A DNA stretch of 49,329 nucleotides, taken from the NCBI GenBank assembly GCA_900766945.1, contig CAAFXD010000183.1, positions 1 through 49,329 of the forward strand. Reading direction: 5' to 3'. A model generated the notes under the pieces. The model worked only from the letters and a program-made list of their open reading frames with translations, had not been told where the DNA came from and ran no database searches. Position 1 is the first letter of the stretch; the number at the start of each line of letters is the position of its first letter. Both the position numbers and the translations under genes were made by a program. The DNA comes from Clostridia bacterium. Lineage in GTDB: Bacteria; Bacillota; Clostridia; Oscillospirales; Acutalibacteraceae. Shown here one piece after another: positions 29,101 to 35,900 of the stretch.

Positions 29101-29965
29101 CGTGTAAGTCAGTTTGTTCATTTTTTGAACTCCTTTCTGCATTTTCGATTCTGACGGTATTATAATCCTGTTTTTGTTTTTCTGCAAATGTGCGATTTGA
29201 ACTTTTTTCTGCAATTTGCAGATTTCGGATAGTTTTTGATATTTCCTTCAATGCCATTCCCACAATATCACTTGTAGCAAATCCAAGGGCGTTCAGTGTC
29301 TGCGGCGTGTTGAAGTTAACAACATTCTCAAAATCTTCCTGCCCAAAATAACTTTCGGCATCAATACCAAGTCTTACCATTATCATATACGCTACGCTGT
29401 TGGTAACAACTTTTCTGTATATGGAGGAAATATTGTCCTCGTCCAGTTCCTCCAAGAAGCTGTTGTTTACCGAGTAGAGCAAATCACGGGTATAATCAGG
29501 AAGATTGTCCTCGGTGGCATTTTTCGCCGCACTCATAACTGCATCCGCAAGGCTTCGGCTGTTATCCAGTGTTCCAAAGGTGCTTTCAAGAGTTTCAATG
29601 ATTTCCTGCTCATATTCCGGCTTCATCTCCCATATCGGCACGGGGCGGGAATGTTCACTCGGATGTGTGTCAGAAATATCGAAGTAGTAAATAAGCCGCT
29701 GGCGTTTTCTACTAACATCGTCAAGAACCGCAATGCCTGTTGCACCTTTATTAACCCATCTGCCGAAAGTTTTATTCCAGCGCTCAATTTCAAGAACTGC
29801 GGTAGCATCCGGTCGCTGTGCGAACACCAAAAGCTGTTCATCAAAGCGGAGTTTATAGTTTCGGCAGGCGGAAGTTAAAAAGGCTTCCCAATTTTGCGGA
29901 GAGGATATGACCGTCTTGCAGGTACGGTCATACAGTTCGGAGATAAGGTCATACTTGCGAGCCAT
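23150..29965 (-). CDS. Polyvalent conjugative-element protein (ArdC-N / linker / MutS-I-like / N6-adenine MTase / SNF2 helicase N-lobe), 3'-truncated by the transposon
   Basis: One open frame of about 2271 codons. ATG at 29965 with a GGAGG SD 8 nt upstream (the track start at 29968 is a TTG). It ends ...TAVELTPEG-YNF*, and the last 3 codons plus the stop are transposon-derived. Confidence 0.85.
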   Translation of the reverse strand: MARKYDLISELYDRTCKTVISSPQNWEAFLTSACRNYKLRFDEQLLVFAQRPDATAVLEIERWNKTFGRWVNKGATGIAVLDDVSRKRQRLIYYFDISDTHPSEHSRPVPIWEMKPEYEQEIIETLESTFGTLDNSRSLADAVMSAAKNATEDNLPDYTRDLLYSVNNSFLEELDEDNISSIYRKVVTNSVAYMIMVRLGIDAESYFGQEDFENVVNFNTPQTLNALGFATSDIVGMALKEISKTIRNLQIAEKSSNRTFAEKQKQDYNTVRIENAERSSKNEQTDLHDAGRLSTSQLGTAGTAGSADGTLLSNESEVPEREPQGAVLQSPDELQAERASGGDRTDGDRNGGTPDERNGGEGRLDREPESGGYDELGSEDEQPEEPSSGNRDEGSNLRLEYYDRSNEDRSLPFFGNDDTIREILATTPHLKATKDEIRAFFEATADETARTSYIQSIFNNDYTELILSDGRRVGYKTYQNVLQLWEGSYLSRTKQSFYDWGVIAEHFEAMRLLGELQDTMKPLPSMDGQMSLILDYEAEVTKPSAFSFSQEIIDAVLTRGSGVSEGKFRIYEQLQKSLSKKENVDFLKNEYGWGGSYPVITGTGIDEMHDGKGIKISKNVNGEEVKVLLNWNQVEKRISELIKMDRYLNPKEKELYPAWLEQHEIRRIEAAEERRKREILSTAPPEKKEPEPSNERYEYHLGNTVYIGANEYEILSFDNDRVMLYDTQFPLFNKEMSRAEFDQKVQENPMNDHLKVTFNNHNTTPIRREEYIFNDPSREMFRAIYYNPDSLSEGQFVIMDFTYPLIVEASENTSDAKSFFEYLEQNAYTELVDYGTEDFNSMLEVYSEPKPDVIGRLDKNMGYMIAEAQNQLSLITPVSERGSDIYYDIFDQMREPTIRQTEIDTLYEVLSRLKNDDISLDYDKNGLVATDSMGNEWHGQDFYKFLVEEAFVFEDNGGVLGISDELLKEFTELSGHNGVPVKDNRVMQPYRGYLAVKAENPDSLVFYQVGDFFEAYNDDAKTVAETLDLVMTSRAVSDSQRVPMVGFPQNRLNTYMNMLTDRGFDLVLSAVEGDERKVLSIESTNKEEPVQSKPIGRIDYLHTDGRVRESIEYTSPYQFEKDIKEENYYGVPMKIVLYKDRDGTTIPQYFITQLDSPPQGVEIIDSPYLETAVDMAEQTIVPIVPAWEKPKKSKVQSCDLHPEIPMSERHNFNLANNEITEVNKKERFHRNYAAITVLKRCQEENRFATPDEQKILSRYVGWGGIPEAFDERMGAWHTEYAMLKNILTPEEYESARESTLTAFYTPPTVIKAVYKAMEQLGFREGNILEPSCGIGHFIGMLPDSMQESKVYGVELDTVSAGIAQQLYQKTSIAAQGFEEVNLPDSFFDAVVGNVPFGDFKVPDKRYDKHKFLIHDYFFAKSLDKLRPGGVMALITSKGTMDKENPAVRKYIAQRADLLGAIRLPNNTFKGNAGTEVVSDILILQKRDRIVDIEPDWVHLGTDENGIAMNSYFVEHPEMILGEMKMVSGRFGPEPSCVPYEGADLAEQLSEAVANIHGEITAYEVEDELTEEDNSIPADPTVRNFSYTLVDGKIYFRENSRMAPVDVSATAENRIKGMIAIRDCVRNLIELQTEDYPDSAIKAEQEKLNSLYDTFTAKYGLINSRANSSAFSQDSSFSLLSALEVLGDDGTLEKKADMFYKRTIKPHTPVTSVDTASEALAVSMGEKACIDMEYMCELTGKTEEEIFADLKGVIFLNPMYGYGNSTEAKYLMADEYLSGNVREKLAWAKKSAQLSPKDYSINVEALQKVQPKDLTASEISVRLGATWLPPEIVEQFIFEFLGTPNYSKLYIKLHFSAYTGEWNIENKTYDKGNVKAYSTYGTKRINAYKIIEETLNLKDVRIFDYIEDDEGKKKAVLNKKETAIAQSKQELIKQGFQDWIWSDPKRREKLCKIYNEKFNSIRPREYDGSHITFNGMNPEIELREHQRNAVAHILYGGNTLLAHAVGAGKTFEMTAAAMESKRLGLCSKSLFVVPNHLTEQWASEFLQLYPSANILVATKKDFETKNRKRFCGRIATGDYDAIIIGHSQFEKIPMSIERQRVILEQQLEEITQGLADLKHNRGDNFSVKQLERTKKSVKQKLDKLNDQSKKDDVVTFEELGVDRLFIDESHYYKNLFLYTKMRNVGGIAQTEAQKSSDLFMKCRYLDEITGGRGTVFATGTPISNSMVELYTIQRYLQYDTLVKNNLQHFDAWASTFGETVTAVELTPEGYNF
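23153..24031 (-). other. SNF2/DEAD helicase N-terminal lobe of the polyvalent protein
   Basis: Walker A GAGKT is encoded at 23939-23953 (verified codon by codon). DESH box at 23459-23470. Confidence 0.8.
23156..23161 (-). promoter_or_regulatory. -10 half (TATAAT) of the circle-junction promoter
   Basis: The minus strand reads TATAAT 4 nt inside the TCGGG junction, facing the recombinase gene. In the integrated state the hexamer 17 nt upstream is CGGTTG, so there is no -35. Confidence 0.6.
25469..26251 (-). other. N6-adenine DNA methyltransferase domain of the polyvalent protein
   Basis: Motif I EPSCGIGHF at 25955-25981 and motif IV GNVPFG at 25775-25792. Both were verified codon by codon. 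Confidence 0.8.
26759..27007 (-). other. MutS domain-I-like (mismatch-binding N-terminal fold) segment
   Basis: YRGYLAVKAENPDSLVFYQVGDFFEAYNDDAKTVAETLDLVMTSR....VPMVGFPQNRLNTYMNMLTDRGFDLVL parallels the MutS N-terminus (QY..iK...pd.llfFR.GDFYE.F..DA......L.i.LT.R....PM.G.P......Y...L...G..v). Confidence 0.55.
28768..29121 (-). CDS. Embedded TnpV-like ORF (117 aa) in a different frame of the same strand as the giant ORF
   Basis: The ATG at 29121 is preceded by AAGGAG (29135-29130) with an 8-nt spacer. MNKLTYTMQGDYRLPNLVLPEQPEAPMGRYSRMRAKYLKENRKVLYYNLLTSCKLSEHLAEIEQTATEM...EGLTESLKAADMMSWVRKMNNLKSRVQEIVMKEVIFA is clearly paralogous to the TnpV at 20427-20810. Confidence 0.7.
   Translation of the reverse strand: MNKLTYTMQGDYRLPNLVLPEQPEAPMGRYSRMRAKYLKENRKVLYYNLLTSCKLSEHLAEIEQTATEMEERLTKEMAAKEGLTESLKAADMMSWVRKMNNLKSRVQEIVMKEVIFA
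29669..29911 (-). other. ArdC-N-like domain at the N-terminus of the polyvalent protein
   Basis: LLVFAQRPDATAVLEIERWNKTFGRWVNKGATGIAVLD fits the ArdC N-terminal ssDNA-binding pattern (Q.p.At.v..f..W...gr.VkkGekgi). Confidence 0.55.
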
Positions 29966-29980
29966 CAATAACGCCTCCTT

Positions 29981-30607
29981 TTAGCGGCTTAAAACATCCC
30001 GTGTTTTATTGGCAGAACGGCAGTCGTATTCCTCCATAAATTCCCACACATAGCGGCAACCGCCGTGCGAAGATTGAGGGGTAATATCCCAATCGAACTC
30101 ACGCTCAAAAGGAATAATATCATTGTAGAAATGAAAGGGTTTTGCCGACAATAAAGAGCCCATCACAAAATGCTCATCGCTATTTTTTGTCAATCCCGTA
30201 GGCTCAGCTCTGTCGGTTCCGTTGTATAACACATAACATAAATGTAAACCAGCCGGAACATCGTGCGGTTGGATAATATCTTGACAAAACAGTGCCGGCT
30301 TTTGGAATACAGTAATTTCTTCAAAATTATGTTGAAACGGTCCATCATCCAACAAGTTTGTGCCCAACAGATTACATTCGGCACACAATTCGTCTGTTGT
30401 CAGTTCAGTAGCATTTGTCCGACTGATTTCATACTCTTCAAAACGCACCTTCGTATTTTTTTGCACCGAAGAAATGTGTTGAGAATCGCGTCCAAAATAA
30501 TTTCTCCGTGCCTTTACAAACTCATTGTGCGCTTGTTCATAGTCATAGCCGCTGTATGCGATAAATTCGTCATGAGGAGCGGCTATGATAACCTGATAGA
30601 ATTTCAT
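29981..30607 (-). CDS. Hypothetical protein (208 aa)
   Basis: Long ORF with an AAAGGAGAA SD. Its start is coupled to the upstream 54-aa ORF (ATGA overlap). I recognise no motif. Confidence 0.55.
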   Translation of the reverse strand: MKFYQVIIAAPHDEFIAYSGYDYEQAHNEFVKARRNYFGRDSQHISSVQKNTKVRFEEYEISRTNATELTTDELCAECNLLGTNLLDDGPFQHNFEEITVFQKPALFCQDIIQPHDVPAGLHLCYVLYNGTDRAEPTGLTKNSDEHFVMGSLLSAKPFHFYNDIIPFEREFDWDITPQSSHGGCRYVWEFMEEYDCRSANKTRDVLSR

Positions 30608-30768
30608 CTTGTGGGTTCTCCTTTCCTTTTAGGGCGTCGGTCAATAATTTTATAGCCAGCTGCTTTCAAACAGCGTATTTCTTCTTTTGTCGGGATACAT
30701 TCCTCATAATTGGTACTCATTTTAGGAACACCGTCTTTTAAAACGGTAAAAAGCTTTTCATCTTTCAT
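30604..30768 (-). CDS. Small ORF below the track cut-off (54 aa)
   Basis: AGGAGGAAATT precedes the ATG at 30768. Translation: MKDEKLFTVLKDGVPKMSTNYEECIPTKEEIRCLKAAGYKIIDRRPKRKGEPTR. Its TGA overlaps the next gene's ATG. Confidence 0.5.
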   Translation of the reverse strand: MKDEKLFTVLKDGVPKMSTNYEECIPTKEEIRCLKAAGYKIIDRRPKRKGEPTR

Positions 30769-30802
30769 AATTTCCTCCTAACTATATAAGTAACATTCTT
30801 TT

Positions 30803-31207
30803 TTAAAACGGTAAATCATCATCGTTGGTCGGTAATACAGTGAAATCCTGCGGTGCCGGTTCATGGTTCGCCGGCGCATCTTTTTTCTTATTGTCGCCGC
30901 AGAAAGATATGGTATTGGCAACGACTTCAACCGCTTTTCGGTTGTTGCCGTCCTTATCAACAAATGTGCGTGTTTGCAGATTCCCTTGGATGCCAATCAG
31001 CATTCCTTTGCGAAAATAGGTAGTGATGACGCGGGCAACATTTCGCCACGCGACAATCGTAAAGAAATCAACTTTTCGGTTTTTGTTTTCGTCAGCGTAG
31101 GCCCGTTCAACGGCGATGGCAAAACTGGTCACTTCCGTACCGGAATCGGTGGTACGCAACTCAGGGTCAGCAGTGAGCCGCCCCATTAAGGTCACGGAAT
31201 TTAACAT
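30803..31207 (-). CDS. ssb: Single-stranded DNA-binding protein
   Basis: OB-fold N-terminus MLNSVTLMGRLTADPELRTT...FFTIVAWRNVA and the canonical acidic tip DDDLPF. Confidence 0.9.
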   Translation of the reverse strand: MLNSVTLMGRLTADPELRTTDSGTEVTSFAIAVERAYADENKNRKVDFFTIVAWRNVARVITTYFRKGMLIGIQGNLQTRTFVDKDGNNRKAVEVVANTISFCGDNKKKDAPANHEPAPQDFTVLPTNDDDLPF

Positions 31208-31243
31208 AAATACATCTCCTGCTTCAAAAGTAATTTACAAACG

Positions 31244-31275
31244 AAAACAGCGCCCGATAGTACGGACGCTGTTTT
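31244..31275 (-). terminator. Rho-independent terminator closing the surface-protein operon
   Basis: AAAACAGCG (31244-31252) pairs with CGCTGTTTT (31267-31275), with an inner CCG/CGG extension. On the minus strand the stem runs into TTTTCGTTTG. Confidence 0.55.
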
Positions 31276-31314
31276 GAATATTGATGAAAAAGAAGAAAGA
31301 GAAAAACAAAGATT

Positions 31315-31911
31315 TTACGCGATGGAAATGTTGAAGTTGAATGTGCCCGTCCACATACCCGCCGAAATGTCCGGCGCGGCAATCGTCGCATCCTGCGTAG
31401 TCCAGTCAGCGGCAGTAATCTCGTTCTGTACGAAAGTTGTTTTTGCCTGTGTAACGGTTGCTTTCACATCTTCTTTCGGATTGCCAACCGCTTGCTCGGT
31501 GAGGGTGAAGTTTACACCTTCAAGAACGGCGTCAGCATCAACCGGTGCCACGGTAATTGTTTGGTCACCGGAAATATCACCTTTGACACCGATGCGGTAT
31601 TCACCGTTGCCGGTTGTACCGTCCAATATGATGGTTTTCGGAATTTTTACCGAATAGGTGGAGGATTTGGTTGCATAAACTTCCACCGCAGCCGTTTTGG
31701 ATTCGGTGGTCGCCGATGAGTCGGTAATGGTATCCTCATACACAGATGTTTTGCTCTGCGTTTCGTCGCTTCCCACAGCAGTTCCTGCGGAAAAATCAGC
31801 GGCAACGGAGCCGGTGGAATTGGTCAGGTTTGCAGCGAACACCGAAGTGCTCAAAAGACTTACGAGCACAATGGCGGTAAGCACGGTTAAGATGGTTTTT
31901 TTCTTGTTCAT
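31315..31911 (-). CDS. Secreted protein (198 aa) carrying the shared C-terminal module
   Basis: Signal peptide MNKKKTILTVLTAIVLVSLLSTSVFA from the ATG at 31911 (AAAGGAGAA SD). The C-terminal ~110 aa are paralogous to the C-terminus of the 1648-aa protein. Confidence 0.7.
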   Translation of the reverse strand: MNKKKTILTVLTAIVLVSLLSTSVFAANLTNSTGSVAADFSAGTAVGSDETQSKTSVYEDTITDSSATTESKTAAVEVYATKSSTYSVKIPKTIILDGTTGNGEYRIGVKGDISGDQTITVAPVDADAVLEGVNFTLTEQAVGNPKEDVKATVTQAKTTFVQNEITAADWTTQDATIAAPDISAGMWTGTFNFNISIA

Positions 31912-31983
31912 AGGAATCGTTCTCCTTTTTGTTTGAATTTTATTTTGTGATGGCTTTCCCTTTCTTCTATACATACACACAGG

Positions 31984-32907
31984 TCAAATAACGGTTATGT
32001 TCACGGTTACATTTGCACCGTTATATTGCGCCTGTGTAGTAATGTCATAAGTGGCAAGGTTTAATACCAACGAATATTCTCCGGGTGGCAGAATCTCTTT
32101 GGCGTTCCAATATACACATTTACCCGGGGGAATTAAATCCGTGGTACCTAAAATGGATTCCCCATTACGGACAGTAAATTTGAAATACACCGTATTGCCG
32201 GCGGGATTGATAAGGGGAATGTACGGGTTTTCCGCATTGATTATCAGCTTGTCATACCCGAATATCTCAATCTCTCCCTGATCGGCCGTAGAATTGTCGC
32301 TTGGCATATAGCCACTCCAATCCTCAGCCGTATCATCGACAGGCAATTTCGGTCTTGTTGTTTCTTCAACGGTTGGATATTCCGTGGTTGTCGGTGCCGG
32401 CGCAGGACTTTTTGTGCACCCCTTAAATCCGCCGAGGAAAAGCAACAGCAGCAGGAGTAACAACGCGAACAGCGGCAACAACGGAAATAATGAAAATTTT
32501 GTAACAGCAACCCACTTTTGTTGGGCGGCGCCGTAACACTCGGTAACCCCATTGACAGCATCGAATGTTTTGACATCTGTTTCCGGGACGGTGCAGAGAT
32601 AGCCTTTTATTCTGCGAAAAAACGGGCGTTTTTTTAAGATGGCATATGTAGAATTGGCTGCGAAAAGTGTCCCGACTTGGTTGTCATCATTCTCCTTCAA
32701 GGGCTTAAACGCCGTATAACCGATAACTTGCATAGATTGTGCATCAATCTCGGGATTTTGTGACTGCTCGAGTTCTTTCTCTTTTTTTCGGAACTGCGTC
32801 TTTGTCAAATAATCGAGTTCATAGCGCTTTTTTTCTTGCTTGTTTTTGAGACGAAGCGTGCTGCATTCTTCTTGCAACCGCGTGTATAAATACATTTCAT
32901 TGCACAA
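31984..32907 (-). CDS. Single-pass membrane protein with a beta-rich extracellular C-terminal domain
   Basis: TTG start 6 nt after a GGAGGA SD. TM segment FSLFPLLPLFALLLLLLLLFLGGF, followed by a P/T linker. Confidence 0.55.
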   Translation of the reverse strand: MCNEMYLYTRLQEECSTLRLKNKQEKKRYELDYLTKTQFRKKEKELEQSQNPEIDAQSMQVIGYTAFKPLKENDDNQVGTLFAANSTYAILKKRPFFRRIKGYLCTVPETDVKTFDAVNGVTECYGAAQQKWVAVTKFSLFPLLPLFALLLLLLLLFLGGFKGCTKSPAPAPTTTEYPTVEETTRPKLPVDDTAEDWSGYMPSDNSTADQGEIEIFGYDKLIINAENPYIPLINPAGNTVYFKFTVRNGESILGTTDLIPPGKCVYWNAKEILPPGEYSLVLNLATYDITTQAQYNGANVTVNITVI

Positions 32908-32922
32908 TGCAATTCCTCCTTT

Positions 32923-35900
32923 TTATTCTTGTGTAATGGAAATTTGAAATTCAAATATGCCTGACCACTTGCCGGCGCTGATGGGTGCCGTTATCGTACC
33001 GACCGTCTGTGCCCATACATCCTCCTGCACATCAGATTTACGCCACGCTGTAACTGTTTGCGAAATGATTGCGGTTACAGTTTCTTTCCCAAAAGAGGAA
33101 AGAACGCACGCGATTTGCGGGGAAATGGTAACAACGCTGTTATCAGCCAAACACCCTTTAACGCCAACAGAATAAGCCGCACTTCCTGTTTCGCCATCGA
33201 GAATAATGGTTTTAGGAATGCGGCAGCTGTATATCTGATTGAGATTGTTGTAAAAGGTTAGGTTCACGACTTGCCCATCTTCGGTAATGGAAAAGGCTTG
33301 GGCGGCAACGCTTATCCCCCAACCGGTAGGTACGGATTTTTGGCGAACGGTATAGTTGCCATATACCAAATTATCAAAAGAAACTGTCCCGGCGGTGTCT
33401 GTTGCGTCTGTAACATAAACTTCACCTGTATCTGTATTTGTAATCTCATAGAGTGCGTTGGCGACGAATACTGTTCCATCGGCATTTACTGTTTTTAAAT
33501 TCAGCGTGCCGCGTTTCAACCGAAGATGAATGGTAAAACTTTCAGTCGAAATTGACGGGTTAATCGTGTATTGCGTTGCCGCAGGTGTAACATATCGCTC
33601 CGGGATATCCAGCAGCGTAAAAGTATAATTGTTGTTGTCATAAATGCTGTATGTACACGCAAAAGGTTGATTGATATTGATAACGCCAAAGGTGGTATCA
33701 CTATAATCAGCGGTTTCACTTCCCGGAGAAGTGAGATTTGGATCGTCATATGTAGTCGGATCAACCAAGGTTAAAAAGAATTCCGCATCTTCTTCGGCGG
33801 TGGTATCGGTTATACCGCTTTCATCTAACCAGTTTTGCACCTGTGTCAGCCACGCTCGATGAAATGGGCTGTTTTTGGCACAGATAAAGTTAATGGGAGA
33901 AATGGTTTTCTCGCCTGTGGAACCGTCGGTCGTTATAAATCCGCCGAAGAACATCGCCATACCTTCAACAGTAAGTGTAACTTCATTAAACGAAACAGGT
34001 TCTGTACCTAAAAAGGTCATTTTATTGACGGCAATATCGCTGTGTTGTGTTGTACTGCTTATTGTTAGTGCATATGCCGAAAAAGATGTTACTGTCGATA
34101 ATACGGTAGTCTCATTCAACCCACCACCGAGGTAATACAGATAATCCTTTTCTTTGTTATACAAACTGCCTTTGAATGAGCTGTAATTCGGATTGTTTTC
34201 ATCCACCACCACATACGCATTCGGCAAAAGAGAAAAAATACTCATATCGTCAACGCCGGCAACAGCAACATCCATAGACGAGTCCATTGTTTTAATGGCA
34301 TCAGCATACCCCGCGGTGATACTCGTAACGGTCGCCGGCACATAAAAACCTAATGCCTTTCCGCAATCCACATTACTGCTTGAAATCAAAGCCATCGGGT
34401 TAACCTTTTTGATTTCAATACCGTTAATGGTTGCAGGAATACCGATGTATGTATGATATTCGCCGGTATATCCAATAATCTCCGAAGCGTTATCGGGATT
34501 AACAGTCCAGTCGTTTTCATCCGTATATGGTGTCATATCTTCTAACGGCACTACACCCATTGGACTAAGGTTGGCATCATCTAACAACTGCATCAGAGTA
34601 GCGGTCTGTTCTTCGGCAGAAAGCGGTACTAAATCGTCATTGCAGAAATGACTATATTTAGCAATAACCTCTTGAGTAGTAAGTTTATTAGATGATATAT
34701 CCTCTAATATCATCGTCTGTGCATTGCCGGAATAGGAATAATACACAACGGCATTTGTCGGGTCCGTTTGTTGAAATGCGCTGTCAAGGTACGCTAACTG
34801 CCGGACGGAACTGGGTATAAACGCAGTGAAATCAGAGGAATTTGCGTAAATAACTACCGCGGTATAGCCGTACCCGACCTTTAATTTCTTTATCGGATTC
34901 GCTATTTCAAGATTGGGGATTCCACTAACAGATGTTACCCCATCCGTTTCAGTACCGATAAACTTCTCACCCATCACATAAAGGAGCTCTTGAGAGTTTT
35001 CAGTGAATGGGATATAAATTGAATTGCTCTTACCATAGTAGTTTTCCGAATCCGTTCCATATCCCCAATTCAGAAACTGTATTTCATCATTTGTGATTGT
35101 CTTAAACGGTTCGTTATAACTGTATGCAAAATCTTCGGTGGAGTTATCCTCGGTCGAGACAGAAATCGTTAGCGTTTCGATTAAGGTATCTCGTTCTTTC
35201 AATACAGGCGTTAATGTAATCACCGTATCCTCTGTAATTGGCGTTGAAAAATCAAAGACTTCTCCATTTAAATCCATCCAGCCTGTAATCTCAAACTGAT
35301 TATCGTAGGGGACAAAATAATAAGCCTTATTGGATGAAGACATCGCAATGTTATAAGCATTGTGTACTTTCACCTGACCAGTGGTACTTTCTGTATATTC
35401 AATAGAATGTCCATAGGGAATAGAGACCTCTAATGAATGAACGGATGTGCTTCCGCTGACATTGCGAATGTCACCTAATTCATTCGTTTCATACCGAACG
35501 GTGCAGTATTTGGTATCGGTTGTAAAGGTAACGATTTGCTCAAAATAGTCATCCGGTTGGAATACAAAATCAGAAACATCTGATATGTTTTTGGTAACAT
35601 CGTGAGGATTACCATAGACCACATATCGATATCCGGTTAAAACACAGTCCGCGGGCAAATGCTTTAAAACATCATCGAGGTCAAACGCTTTCGGAAATTC
35701 ATTTAGGGATAAGCCTGCGTCTTTTAAGACGCGTCCTTCCGGCAAGTAGTACATTTCTTTTTCACAGTTAAACATAGTAGACGGACTACCAATGCCAACA
35801 GACCGAACTTTTAGAGTGTCAAAATACGAAGTGCCGTAAGAAAACTGCATTTCGTATGTCCCGTCCGGTAGAATATGGCTCAGCGGAACAGCGGTACCTG

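Noticed and set aside
31600-31640. IPKT in the shared module (KIPKTIILDG) resembles the IPKTG sorting motif of the adhesin.
   Set aside because: It is internal, lacks the Gly, and lacks the hydrophobic and basic tail. It is not a sorting signal.
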